From an uncultured Chlamydiae bacterium (GTDB lineage Bacteria; Chlamydiota; Chlamydiia; Chlamydiales; JAJFMA01): a DNA stretch of 64,000 nt. Positions 37,769 to 47,950 of the stretch are shown in pieces; the stretch's first letter is position 1; each line of letters opens with the position of its first letter. The notes beneath the pieces were generated by a model. The model saw nothing but the letters and a program-made list of their open reading frames with translations, searched no databases and was not told where the DNA came from. The position numbers and the translations under genes were made by a program. The stretch is from contig CAVQMM010000001.1 in NCBI GenBank assembly GCA_963713615.1, forward strand, positions 320,001-384,000, read 5' to 3'.

Positions 37769-39045
37769 GCGACCGTGTGGCTGTTATTGCAGGGATCCGA
37801 ACGCCCTTTTGCCGCTCGGGAGGGGTTTTTGCTGAACTGGAAGCTGATGATTTGGGGGCCTTTGCTGTCAGGGAGGCAGTGGCTCTCGCGGGAATACGCC
37901 CTGACGAAGTTGATGAAGTGATCATTGGTAATGTGATCACTCCACCCCAGGCCGCTAACCCCGCGCGTATTATCGCTATCAAAGGCGGTTTACCGATTAC
38001 AACCCCTGCGGTGACAGTCAGCCGCAACTGCGCTTCGGGTTTGGAGTCGATAGCTATTGCATGCGATAGAATCCGCTTGGGAGAAGCCAAGATTATGGTT
38101 GCCGGTGGCACGGAGTCCATGAGCCACTTTCCATTGATGTTCCCAGAGAGCATGCGCCGCTATATGATGAGTTTGAAAAAAGCGAAGAATTGGTGGTCTA
38201 AGCTTCGAGCAATCCTGCGTCTACGCCCCTCGCTTTTTTATCCAGAGATGCCTGGATTGACGGACCCACTATGTGGATTGAGCATGGGTCAGACCGCCGA
38301 GGTGTTAGTACGCGAGTTTGCTGTCTCACGCGAAGAACAAGATCGCTTTGCATTGGCTAGTCAGCAACGGGCAGCACGGGCTAAGGCGGCAGGGCGCTTA
38401 GCTGAGGAAATCGTTCGGATACCTATTCCTCCACGCTATCGAACTTTGCAGGCTGATGACGATGGCATTCGCGACACGCAAACCATGCAGGGGTTGGAGG
38501 CGTTACGGCCCGCGTTTGACCGCTTGGCGGGGACAGTCACGGCCGGGAATACCAGTCAAATTACCGACGGAGCTGCAGCACTCGTATTGATGAGCGAGGC
38601 GGAAGCTAAGCGTCGAAGTTTGACTCCACTGGGGTATATAAGAGGGTATGCAGCGGCAGGCTTGGCGCCAGCGCGAATGGGCCTTGGACCTGTCTTTGCT
38701 ACCGCCAAACTGCTCGATGCTAATGGTTGGGCTCTCAAAGATTTTGACTTGATAGAGATTAACGAAGCCTTTGCTGTTCAGGTGCTCTCAGTGGTCAAGG
38801 CAATGGACTCAGCAGCTTTTGCTGAACGAGAGCTTGGACGAGCTACGGCGGTAGGGACCATCGATTTTGAGCGTCTAAATGTTAATGGAGGCGCGATCGC
38901 TTTGGGACATCCCTTAGGGGCCTCTGGAACACGTATGGTGTTGACTTTACTGAAGGAATTACATCGACGCCATGCAAGTCTAGGGTTAGCTACCCTTTGT
39001 ATTGGTGGCGGTCAGGGACAAGCTATGGCTGTGGAGGTTGTATGA
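37765..39045 (+). CDS. fadI: Acetyl-CoA C-acyltransferase (3-ketoacyl-CoA thiolase)
   Basis: VSRNCASG, EINEAFA, NGGAIALGHPLGASG, LCIGGGQG. Confidence 0.9.
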   Translation: MSDRVAVIAGIRTPFCRSGGVFAELEADDLGAFAVREAVALAGIRPDEVDEVIIGNVITPPQAANPARIIAIKGGLPITTPAVTVSRNCASGLESIAIACDRIRLGEAKIMVAGGTESMSHFPLMFPESMRRYMMSLKKAKNWWSKLRAILRLRPSLFYPEMPGLTDPLCGLSMGQTAEVLVREFAVSREEQDRFALASQQRAARAKAAGRLAEEIVRIPIPPRYRTLQADDDGIRDTQTMQGLEALRPAFDRLAGTVTAGNTSQITDGAAALVLMSEAEAKRRSLTPLGYIRGYAAAGLAPARMGLGPVFATAKLLDANGWALKDFDLIEINEAFAVQVLSVVKAMDSAAFAERELGRATAVGTIDFERLNVNGGAIALGHPLGASGTRMVLTLLKELHRRHASLGLATLCIGGGQGQAMAVEVV

Positions 39046-41195
39046 AGACAGAAAATCTGACCGTTGATGTCGATGCCGAAGGAATCGCTTTTGTCACCTT
39101 GGATGTCGCTGGAGAATCCCTCAATACTCTTGGAGTAGCTGTTCTCAAAGACATCGACAAGGTGATTAGTGATCTGCAAGCGAGTCCGGATGTCAAGGCG
39201 ATGATCTTTGCCAGCGGCAAAGAGGGCAGCTTTGTTGCCGGTGCTGATTTGAGGGAAATTTCCAGGGTATTTTCAACACCTTCGCTGGCCGATACGATCA
39301 TTAATCAGGGGCATAGCCTTTTGAACCGTATTGCAGCCCTGCCTTTCCCTACTGTAGCTGTCATTAATGGGATCTGCGTAGGTGGTGGCACCGAGCTGGC
39401 GTTAGCGTTCAGCTATCGCCTGTGTACAGACTATGCCAAGACAGCCATAGGCCTTCCGGAAGTCACCTTGGGGATAATGCCAGGATGGGGCGGAACACAG
39501 CGATGTCCAAGGCTGATAGGCCTACAACCAGCCCTAAATATGATTTTGTCAGGCAAAACGCTAAGTCCTAAAGAGGCTTTACGTACACATCTCGTAGATG
39601 CTGTAGTGCCCTGGCCTTTTGCAAATCAGGAAGCTATTGGCTTTGTCCACGAGATCCTCAACAACTCTGGCGCTAAGAAAGTTGCTCAGAAACGTCAGAA
39701 GCGTGGATTTATGGCTTGGCTGCTGGAGAAAAATCCTGTCGGCCGTGCTTTCTTGTTCTGGCAGACCGAGAAGCAGGTGCGAAAGCGCACAAAGGGCCAC
39801 TATCCAGCGCCATTAATCGCATTGCATACCATCAAAGAGACCTATGAATTACCCTTGGATCAGGGCCTCAAAAGGGAAAAAGAAGTTTTTCTAGAGAGTG
39901 TTTCTGGGCCATTTATGATTGCGCCAAATCTGGTAGGAATCTTTTTTGCACAAGAAATGGCAAAAAAAGACAAAGGCGTTGAAGCCCCTGTAGAAACCAA
40001 GACGATCAAAAACGTTGGCGTATTGGGCGCAGGGACCATGGGTAGTAGCATCTCTTGGTTGTTTAGCTACTATGACTACCCCGTGCGCTTCCGTGACATA
40101 GATTGGGACCGCGTAGCTGTTGGTTATGGGGCTATTCATGACCTCTACGATACCTATGTTCGCAAACTTCGCAAGCTACGCAAAGAGCAAGCTAACCTAA
40201 AGTTTCACCGCGTTAGCGGCACCATAGACTATAGTGGGTTTCGCAATGTCGATATTGTCATCGAAGCTGCTGTGGAAGACATCGAATTAAAAAAGCGCAT
40301 GCTGGCTGAGTTGGAGAGTCATATTTCCCAAGATGCCATCATAGCTACTAACACCTCGTCGCTATCGGTCACGGATTTAGCTAAGGCCTTGCGTCACCCA
40401 GAGCGCTTCATAGGTATGCACTTTTTCAACCCCGTATCGCGTATGCCGTTGGTGGAGATTGTCCCAGGAACTCAGACATCGCCGGAGACAGTAGCCACAG
40501 CAGTGGCTCTGTGTAAAAAAGTTGGTAAAGTTCCCTTGGTGGTGAAGGATTGCGCTGGCTTCTTGGTGAACCGTATCTTGGTGATGGGTTTGTCAGAGAC
40601 GGCTCGCATGCTTGAAGAAGGCGTCGATATGGAACGGATCGCCAAGCTCCAGTTAGACTTTGGTATGCCCATGGACCCTTTCTTATTGGCTGATGAAATC
40701 GGTAATGACGTCACTTACAAGGTCGGAGGCATCTTCGAAGCAGCCTACGGCGCTCGCATGAAAGGGCCTGCTCTTGCCAAGCTGATGTATGATGAGCATC
40801 TTTATGGTAAGAAAGTCGGTAAAGGGTTCTATGTTTATCATGGCGAAAAGCATACGTCTAATAAGACTGTTCAGAAGCTCATCAAAAAGCTAAGTATTCC
40901 AAAAACCGAGATCACAGACCAGAGTATTAACGATCGTATTCTTTTGCCGATGATTAATGAAGCCGCACGCTGCCTGGAAGAGGGGGTAGTATCTAAACCT
41001 GCCTATGTTGATCTAGGACTCGTTTTGGGGGCAGGGTTCCCTCCCTTCCGAGGCGGGATTTTGCATTATGCTGACAGCATTGGGGTGGATACTGTTGTTA
41101 ATGGGCTCCAAGAGCTGACAGGCCGTTATGGCGATCGGTTTGCGCCTTGTGACACCTTGCTGGAGATGCAGCGTCAGGGCAGCAAGTTCTACTAG
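39042..41195 (+). CDS. fadJ: Fatty acid oxidation complex alpha subunit (enoyl-CoA hydratase / 3-hydroxyacyl-CoA dehydrogenase)
   Basis: FVAGADL, GGGTELAL, LPEVTLG.MPGWGG, GAGTMG, TNTSSL, GMHFFNP, GFPPFRGG. The ATG overlaps the thiolase stop. Confidence 0.92.
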   Translation: MKTENLTVDVDAEGIAFVTLDVAGESLNTLGVAVLKDIDKVISDLQASPDVKAMIFASGKEGSFVAGADLREISRVFSTPSLADTIINQGHSLLNRIAALPFPTVAVINGICVGGGTELALAFSYRLCTDYAKTAIGLPEVTLGIMPGWGGTQRCPRLIGLQPALNMILSGKTLSPKEALRTHLVDAVVPWPFANQEAIGFVHEILNNSGAKKVAQKRQKRGFMAWLLEKNPVGRAFLFWQTEKQVRKRTKGHYPAPLIALHTIKETYELPLDQGLKREKEVFLESVSGPFMIAPNLVGIFFAQEMAKKDKGVEAPVETKTIKNVGVLGAGTMGSSISWLFSYYDYPVRFRDIDWDRVAVGYGAIHDLYDTYVRKLRKLRKEQANLKFHRVSGTIDYSGFRNVDIVIEAAVEDIELKKRMLAELESHISQDAIIATNTSSLSVTDLAKALRHPERFIGMHFFNPVSRMPLVEIVPGTQTSPETVATAVALCKKVGKVPLVVKDCAGFLVNRILVMGLSETARMLEEGVDMERIAKLQLDFGMPMDPFLLADEIGNDVTYKVGGIFEAAYGARMKGPALAKLMYDEHLYGKKVGKGFYVYHGEKHTSNKTVQKLIKKLSIPKTEITDQSINDRILLPMINEAARCLEEGVVSKPAYVDLGLVLGAGFPPFRGGILHYADSIGVDTVVNGLQELTGRYGDRFAPCDTLLEMQRQGSKFY

Positions 41196-41230
41196 CAACG
41201 GTTCGTGTCGTAACACGTCGTGGGGCTTTT

Positions 41231-41418
41231 TTAGGATTTCCACCACAGAGAACACAGAGACGCGGAGATAGAAGAGAGAGGAGGAGGAAAGAAGGAAAGG
41301 AAAAATTGAATGGTTTTTTTGTTTTAATTTATTGTTTTTGTTTTAATAAATGCTGAAACAAAAAAAATACTTAATTTTTCCTTTCTTTCCTCCTCCTCTC
41401 CCCTCTTTCTCCCAGCCT
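41231..41418. repeat. Family A element (degenerate right arm), AT-rich spacer
   Basis: CCACCACAGAGAACACAGAGACGCGGAGATAG...GAGGAGGAAAGAAGGAAAGGAAAAATT / AATTTTTCCTTTCTTTCCTCCTCCTCTC. Confidence 0.75.
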
Positions 41419-41871
41419 CTACCCCTCAGAGAGCGGTGCCTGGTGGCTCTTGCGGTTGCGTATGATGAGCGTCAAGCGATTTGCAGAGATGGGGTGCCCA
41501 TGGTTATCTACGATATCGATATCCCAAATATGGATGGTACTTCCTAGCTGCCTTGGCTTTGCGGTGCCTATAACAAAACCTGTTTTTACGGGCCTGATAT
41601 GATGCGTTTCGAGTGATAATCCCAGACAAAATTGAGCCGATACATCTAAGCAAAGCAATCCGGCTGTGCTTCCCACGGTTTCTGCCAAGACGCATGATGC
41701 GCCCCCATGCATGATGCCATAAGGCTGATGCGTGCGGTTATCGACGGGCATGGTGGCACTGAGAAAGTCGTCCCCAAGTTCGGTGAAGACGATGCCTAGG
41801 TGCTCCATCATGGTGTTTTGGCTTTTTTTGTTGAGGGTTTCTAAGTCGGTAGGGTGCTTCCAAATCGTCAT
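41419..41871 (-). CDS. Hotdog-fold thioesterase (PaaI/YdiI-MenI-like)
   Basis: MEHLGI.F, ATMPVD.RT.QP.G.MHGGAS.VLAET.GS. Confidence 0.9.
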   Translation of the reverse strand: MTIWKHPTDLETLNKKSQNTMMEHLGIVFTELGDDFLSATMPVDNRTHQPYGIMHGGASCVLAETVGSTAGLLCLDVSAQFCLGLSLETHHIRPVKTGFVIGTAKPRQLGSTIHIWDIDIVDNHGHPISANRLTLIIRNRKSHQAPLSEG

Positions 41872-41975
41872 CGGCTCTTCCTCACGTATTATTTCTTGCA
41901 TTATGACCGGCTATGTTATTGTTGGAAAGCGGAAGCAAATCCTGTATACTCTTCGGTATATCCAAAGGTTTTACA

Positions 41976-43010
41976 ATGATTGACTTCTTATCGATTTCCT
42001 TATCTGAGCTACGGCACTGGTTGGTCGAGCATGGACACCAGACATTTCAGGCAGAGTCGATCTTTGCTTGGGTTTATGAAAAAGGCATACGCGACTGGAA
42101 GCGCATGACTAACTTGGCGGCGCCGCTCCGCGAGTCTTTAACGAAATCCTTCCGCTTAGGAGTGCTAGAACCGAAGCGCGTACGTGCTGGAGCCGGTGGC
42201 GTCCAAAAATTCCTGTGGCAACTGATTGACAAGAGCCATGTAGATTCGATTTTGACCCCGAGCCGGTATGGATGGCAGTTGACGATGTCTACCCAGGTCG
42301 GGTGTCCAGTAGGTTGTATCTTTTGTGCTTCGGGAAAGCGCTTTGTGCGCAACCTGCAGCCAGCAGAGATTATTGATCAGTTTCTACAGGGACGCGACTG
42401 GGCCGCCCAACAGGGTAATCGTACGATTGGGCGCATCGCTTTTGATGGCATGGGAGAGCCTTTAAAAAATGTGAAGCCATTACTGGCGGCTCTTGAGGCC
42501 TTGTGTGATCCGCAGCGCATCGGCTTTCCATCGAAGAAGATCACGATTTCCACAGTCGGGATTATTGATGGCATCGAACGATTGCTGCAGGCTCAACTGC
42601 CTCTTCAACTGACTGTGGGGCTGCATGCACCGAATCAAAAGCTGCGTCAGAAGCTCGTCCCCTATGCTAAGAAATATCGCTTGCCAGAGCTCATGACGGT
42701 ATGCCGTCGCTATTCCATGCAGACCGGTCAGCCTGTCAGCTTTGATTATGTCTTAATCGATGGGTTTAATGACCATCCTGATCAGGCATTGGAATTAGCC
42801 CATTTGGTCAAAAATATGCGTTGTCAGATCCGGTTGTTGGCTTGCAATCCGGTGCCTGGCCTTCCCTATAGGCCCCCCAGCAAGAAGGCAATAAAAGCCT
42901 TTAGAAGTGTTCTGTTTGGTTCTAAAGTAGGCAATAAGCTTGACGATGGGCTGGGTCAGGATATCGGTGCGGCGCTCGGTCAGCTCGGTCCCTACGCAAA
43001 GGAGAGCTAG
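41976..43010 (+). CDS. RlmN/Cfr-like radical SAM protein lacking both catalytic cysteines
   Basis: STQVGCPVGCIFCASG (CxxxCxxC), RNL...EI, GMGEPL, ISTVG, LHAPN. However, it has LTMSTQVGC and DIGAALGQL where RlmN has LCxSxQVGC and DIxAACGQL. Confidence 0.85.
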   Translation: MIDFLSISLSELRHWLVEHGHQTFQAESIFAWVYEKGIRDWKRMTNLAAPLRESLTKSFRLGVLEPKRVRAGAGGVQKFLWQLIDKSHVDSILTPSRYGWQLTMSTQVGCPVGCIFCASGKRFVRNLQPAEIIDQFLQGRDWAAQQGNRTIGRIAFDGMGEPLKNVKPLLAALEALCDPQRIGFPSKKITISTVGIIDGIERLLQAQLPLQLTVGLHAPNQKLRQKLVPYAKKYRLPELMTVCRRYSMQTGQPVSFDYVLIDGFNDHPDQALELAHLVKNMRCQIRLLACNPVPGLPYRPPSKKAIKAFRSVLFGSKVGNKLDDGLGQDIGAALGQLGPYAKES

Positions 43011-43040
43011 GCCAAGAAGATAGAGAGATGTGGGTAGGGG

Positions 43041-43310
43041 GAGAGGGAGAGGATCAGGAATCAGGAATCAGGAATAGAAATTTTACAACAGAGGACACAG
43101 AGACGCCGAGATAGGAGAGAGAAGAGAGGGACGAGGATTTTTTATTTTAGAAATTTATTAAATATTATCAATTTGAATAAATTGGAGAAAATTTAATAAA
43201 TTACTAAAATAAAAAAAATAATCTCCATTCTTTCCTCTCTCTCCTATCTCGGCGTCTCTGTGTCCTCTGTTGTAAAATTTCTATTCCTGATTCCTGATCC
43301 TCTCCCTCTC
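43041..43310. repeat. Family A palindromic element (~80-bp arms, extremely AT-rich spacer)
   Basis: GAGAGGGAGAGGATCAGGAATCAGGAAT...TTTTACAACAGAGGACACAGAGACGCCGAGATAGGAGAGAGA and its inverse. Confidence 0.88.
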
Positions 43311-43375
43311 TCACCTCTTCCTGCTCTCCTTTTTATGGGTTTTATGCTAAAATGGTTACATAACAAGGAGGGCTT

Positions 43376-44143
43376 ATGGGCGATTTTATTAAACCCATAG
43401 CGCCTCATTCAGGGTCGCACCGCGTTTCTGACGAGCACGATCAGCCCAAACGCTACTCTGATTCGACAGATCGGGACTCTGACGAACGGCGTCGCCCCCG
43501 AGAGGTTGATGAACATTCGGAAATTGCACGGACTGACGAAGCCGCATGGGATGGTTATTTTAGTGCTTTAGTGAGCTCCATGTTTCTCTTGTTTGAGAAT
43601 CGGGAAATGTACAAACGATATATCTCCATAGAGGAAAGCGCTTTAAGATTAGAGGAAAAGAGTTTCGAGCAGAAGATGCGCGCCGGTCGGGAAGATGCTC
43701 AAATGCGCCAGCGTTGGGATTCTTTGACCGATGCATTTCGTCAGGAATTCGAACGTGTTCGGCAAAAGGATGAAGCGCTGAAAAGTGACAGAAGGAGAAG
43801 ACGATCTCCAGACATCGGCCGGAAAGAAAAAACTGATAAACAGCCAATCGTGAGTCATGAAAGAAAGGACCAGCGGGTTGCAGAAACCGCTATAAAACCT
43901 AAAGAATCTCCTTTATCATTTGAAGGAGTCTGGATCACGGACCCCACAGGTCTGGATGTTAAGGTTGGGCGGGTTTTCTATCGCACTGACCCTACAGTTC
44001 CGCGTTTGCGTCGGAGAAGCAGTCGCTTAGATGACAATTCTCAAGACCAAAGGGTACCGGTGAGGGACTTCAGTTGGCTGCGTATCGACCGTAAAACGCC
44101 TAGAAGAAAAAAACGTGATGACAAGCTGGCTGAAGCTGCATAA
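43376..44143 (+). CDS. Highly charged hypothetical protein
   Basis: AAGGAGG RBS, 255 aa, ends 2 nt before uvrC. Confidence 0.75.
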   Translation: MGDFIKPIAPHSGSHRVSDEHDQPKRYSDSTDRDSDERRRPREVDEHSEIARTDEAAWDGYFSALVSSMFLLFENREMYKRYISIEESALRLEEKSFEQKMRAGREDAQMRQRWDSLTDAFRQEFERVRQKDEALKSDRRRRRSPDIGRKEKTDKQPIVSHERKDQRVAETAIKPKESPLSFEGVWITDPTGLDVKVGRVFYRTDPTVPRLRRRSSRLDDNSQDQRVPVRDFSWLRIDRKTPRRKKRDDKLAEAA

Positions 44144-44145
44144 AT

Positions 44146-45981
44146 ATGTCGTATGATCCACAGCAAATAGACCTATTCCCCACCAAGCCTGGCGTTTATA
44201 TCATGAAAGGACGTCGCGACGTCGTTCTTTATGTGGGTAAGGCTAAAAATCTACGACAAAGAGTTAAGCAATATTTTATTCCAGGACGCGACTCGCGAGA
44301 GAAGGTGCCACACCTTGTCGCACGAGTGCATAATATTGAAACGATTGTCGTCAGCTCGGAAAAAGAAGCCTTGCTGCTGGAAAATACGCTGATCAAAGAG
44401 CATCTGCCGCACTATAACGCCATTTTTCGCGATGACAAAACCTATATTAGTCTAAAAATTAACCATAAAAGCACCTGGCCGATGGTGCAACTGGTTCGGT
44501 ACAAGGGAAAGCCCAAACCTGATGGACTGTATTTTGGCCCCTACACCAGCGCCTACGCCGCCAGGCAGACCCTCGATTTAATTCATCGCATCTTTCCGCT
44601 ACGGCAATGTTCCGATCAGGAGTTCGCACGTCGCACCAGACCCTGCATTTTGTACGACATGAAGCGCTGCATTGCTCCTTGCGTCGAGCGATGTACTAAA
44701 GAAGAGTATGACCATCATGTGCGTACGACGATCCAATTTTTGAAGGGACAGGACCAAGATGTTCTAAAAGAATTACGCGCCGAGATGACAACTGCCGCAG
44801 ACGCTCTAGAATTTGAGCGAGCTGGGGTTTTGCTAAACACCATTAGGTACATTCAGGCGACGATTGAAAAGCAGAGAGTTGTCAAGGTCGGCGGTGGCGA
44901 TAGCGATATTTTTGGAGTGTTCCGTGAAGGCGAAGAGGTGATGGTTAGCCAGATTCTCTACCGGGAAGGCCGGCTGATGGGGACGCGCAGCTATAGCTTT
45001 TCTGGCTTGGCCCAAGATGACGCAGAGCTTCTTGAATCCCTGATGATGCAGCGTTACGAAATTGCCGAAGATCTGCCAGAAGAAATTCTTCTTCCGGTAA
45101 ATGTGGAGGACTCAGCTGCTCTTGAAGAAATCTTCACCACTCGCAAGGGACGCAATGTTCAGGTTCTTACACCTCAGCGCGGCGACAAGCTCAAGTTGGT
45201 AGAGATGGCTTATGCCAATGCCGAATCAGCTTACCGAAGGGAGAAAGATGCCAAGGTTGTCATTGAAAAGATGCTGACTGAGATGCAAGAACAGCTGCGT
45301 TTGACAAACTATCCTAGACGCATTGAGTGCTTTGACAATTCACACATCTCCGGGACGGAACCCGTGTCCTCGTTGGTAGCCTTCACGGAAGGGGAGAAGG
45401 ACTCCAAGCGCTATCGACTCTACAAACTAAAAAATACGGCAGCATCTGACGACTATGGCGCCATGCGTGAGGTTCTCACGCGGCGTTATCGGCGCGCCAA
45501 GGAGGAAAATGATCTTCCTGATCTACTCATCGTTGATGGAGGCAAGGGCCAGCTGAATAGTGCACTGAAGGTGATGGAAGACTTGGATATTGTCACTGTG
45601 GATGTCATCGGTGTCGCCAAGGAGCAGGGGCGCCATGACAAGGGCATCACCGGTGAGCAGGTCTTCCTGCCTAATGTTAAAGATCCTGTTCGTTTAAAGA
45701 AAACATCGCCCATCTTGTTTCTACTGCAGAAAATCCGCGATGAAGCACACCGCTCCGCGGTGGCCTTTCACCGGAAGCGACGAAGTAAAGGGACACTGCG
45801 TAGCGCCTTGGATTCCATCGAGGGAATAGGACCCAAAAAGCGTCAGCTTTTGCTGCGTCACTTTGGCAGTGTAGCCAAACTGCGCGAGGCCACGGCAGAG
45901 CAGTTACACGCTGTGCCGGGCCTCTCGCAATCTAATGTCAAGGCTCTGCTAGCCTTCTTCGGCTCTAAGACCGAGCCTTAG
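44146..45981 (+). CDS. uvrC: Excinuclease ABC subunit C
   Basis: GIY-YIG PGVY..YVGKAKNL, RIECFDNSH, LIVDGGKGQ, IRDEAHR, HhH GIGP. Confidence 0.97.
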   Translation: MSYDPQQIDLFPTKPGVYIMKGRRDVVLYVGKAKNLRQRVKQYFIPGRDSREKVPHLVARVHNIETIVVSSEKEALLLENTLIKEHLPHYNAIFRDDKTYISLKINHKSTWPMVQLVRYKGKPKPDGLYFGPYTSAYAARQTLDLIHRIFPLRQCSDQEFARRTRPCILYDMKRCIAPCVERCTKEEYDHHVRTTIQFLKGQDQDVLKELRAEMTTAADALEFERAGVLLNTIRYIQATIEKQRVVKVGGGDSDIFGVFREGEEVMVSQILYREGRLMGTRSYSFSGLAQDDAELLESLMMQRYEIAEDLPEEILLPVNVEDSAALEEIFTTRKGRNVQVLTPQRGDKLKLVEMAYANAESAYRREKDAKVVIEKMLTEMQEQLRLTNYPRRIECFDNSHISGTEPVSSLVAFTEGEKDSKRYRLYKLKNTAASDDYGAMREVLTRRYRRAKEENDLPDLLIVDGGKGQLNSALKVMEDLDIVTVDVIGVAKEQGRHDKGITGEQVFLPNVKDPVRLKKTSPILFLLQKIRDEAHRSAVAFHRKRRSKGTLRSALDSIEGIGPKKRQLLLRHFGSVAKLREATAEQLHAVPGLSQSNVKALLAFFGSKTEP

Positions 45982-47234
45982 CTGTTCTTCATCTTTAACG
46001 TGTCGTTAACCAGCCCACCCAGCCAGCCGAACATATTTCCTACGGTCTCTGAACCAGGAAGGTTAGTCAGGTTTTGGATACTTTTCGGGATCTTTTTGAA
46101 AGCCCGAGCTCCTATGCCTAGGCCTTGATGTCCACTTCTCAAGAGCTCTAGCCGTATCGCCACGCTTTGACTGATAACTGGACTTGTATTCCGCTTTTTA
46201 ATAGCCTCTAGGAGGTCTTTATTCTTAATAGTGCCATTTTTTGCAATATGTGTAGTTATCTGACTCCTAATGGTTTTTGTGACGAAATCGGTTACTTCGT
46301 TAGCATCCGCTTTTCTCCAACCCTCATATTTCTCAATTTCTTTGTCGATGGCATATTCTATACCCTCTTGATAAACGTTAAGAGCTTCACCCAGGTAGCG
46401 GTCATCTATAATGTTTTTTACTTGCGCTTTGACATTGTTAGGGATCTCATCTTGGATCTTCTCGAAGGTATCTTGAGCCTTAGTCTTTTTGTTGCGACCT
46501 GGAGTTGTAAGAGCATTGGCTAGTGTCGCCCAATGTTTTATGCGGCCTGTTTCGTCCAGATAAGCTTGTCCATCGCCGTTTTTGGCCGGTGTTTCTTTTG
46601 CGACACCACAGGAAACTTCGATGTCATTTTGTATGGCCGCCCGATGATGCTCATCCAATCCATCGACTGAAGGCAGGTTGCCCAAGGGCTTAACTTCTGT
46701 GGTTGGGATGATATTACCTTCATCATCTGCTACTGGTGCTTTGCCTTTTTTGCCGCCTTTTTTTGCTTTCTTCTCGTCCTCCAGGGCTTTAGGTGATGGT
46801 ATAGATTTTTTTAGAGCTGAGGCTTCTAAGTCTCCGAATTTTTTGATGCGCTCCCTCAGCTCTTTATAAATAGGCGTGGTGGCAGGTGTATGGTTGCGAA
46901 CCGCTCCATCGAAAGTGACACCTGTCTTGTTAATGACTGCCTGGTCAAGTTTGTGGGTGTTGGCAGCCGGCTTACTAGCATCTAGGATTCCGATGTCATC
47001 ATGCTTCATGATGCGGACCATGCGTTCAGCAATTTCCTTCCATTCGCCCAAGGGAATAGGTTGCCCCTTGTTGTATCCGGGAATAGTCATCTCATACTTC
47101 GTCCCGCCATGCAGGGTGAGTACGGCAATGCCGCTCTTGTTTCGCTTTAGCTTTTCTATGAAGGGACGTACGTCATCTGCAAAATTTTCCTTTGAGTAGG
47201 TATTTGCGTCTAATCGAAAATCTATGCCGTCCAT
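45978..47234 (-). CDS. Hypothetical Lys-rich hydrophilic protein (possible T3SS effector)
   Basis: AAAGGAG before the ATG at 47234; divergent from the SycD-like gene. No family recognised. Confidence 0.7.
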   Translation of the reverse strand: MDGIDFRLDANTYSKENFADDVRPFIEKLKRNKSGIAVLTLHGGTKYEMTIPGYNKGQPIPLGEWKEIAERMVRIMKHDDIGILDASKPAANTHKLDQAVINKTGVTFDGAVRNHTPATTPIYKELRERIKKFGDLEASALKKSIPSPKALEDEKKAKKGGKKGKAPVADDEGNIIPTTEVKPLGNLPSVDGLDEHHRAAIQNDIEVSCGVAKETPAKNGDGQAYLDETGRIKHWATLANALTTPGRNKKTKAQDTFEKIQDEIPNNVKAQVKNIIDDRYLGEALNVYQEGIEYAIDKEIEKYEGWRKADANEVTDFVTKTIRSQITTHIAKNGTIKNKDLLEAIKKRNTSPVISQSVAIRLELLRSGHQGLGIGARAFKKIPKSIQNLTNLPGSETVGNMFGWLGGLVNDTLKMKNS

Positions 47235-47373
47235 GTATAACTCCTTTGGTAAGGTTAAAGGCAATAATAACCCAACATTGGTAAAGTTAGGTTAAAGAAT
47301 TCATGAGAGTTTTGTTTTTGGTAATGTTGATTAATTACTTGAATGGTAATATAATTAATTCGTGGAGTAGAGA

Positions 47374-47901
47374 ATGGAGGGAATCATGCAATTGGATGAG
47401 AAATATCTAATTAGTCTGCATGCGATGGAGGTTATCAAAGATGGCCATGCATTGCAGGAGAGACTCGACAAAGGTCAGACTTACCAGCAGATTTTAGAAT
47501 TTTCCGACGATGCCATTTTGGGGTTTTATGCAGCAGCTCAAGAGCTTTTAAACCAGAAACGCTATGGCGATGCGTCGGATGCTTTTTTCTTTCTGAGTCA
47601 GTTGGCTCCGCAGGTAAAAGCATTTTGGTTAGGCATGGCGCGCAGTGAGCGGCTAAATCATCGCATCGAGGAGGCTATCGGTTTATACCTCTGCGTCATA
47701 GCGATGGAAGAGGCTGACAAGAGTGTTTACATGGAATGCGTACGTTGTTGTTTATCCGTCGGTAAAACTGAAGAAGCCTTGCAGATCTTAGACATGGCTT
47801 TAGGCTATGCGGCTGAGCATTCGGACGACATAGCATCGAAGGATTTGCATGATGCCAGTATCGAGTGCAAGGAATGGATTTTAGAGCAGAAGAATTCCTA
47901 G
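47374..47901 (+). CDS. SycD/LcrH-like type III secretion chaperone (TPR)
   Basis: G.TYQQILEFS...FY..A...Y.DA.DAF.FL..L.P....WLG.A pattern; small acidic TPR protein. Confidence 0.8.
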   Translation: MEGIMQLDEKYLISLHAMEVIKDGHALQERLDKGQTYQQILEFSDDAILGFYAAAQELLNQKRYGDASDAFFFLSQLAPQVKAFWLGMARSERLNHRIEEAIGLYLCVIAMEEADKSVYMECVRCCLSVGKTEEALQILDMALGYAAEHSDDIASKDLHDASIECKEWILEQKNS

Positions 47902-47950
47902 TTAGGATAAGCCATGCGGGGTCTGTGTTGTTTAAAAGAGAGGGAATATT

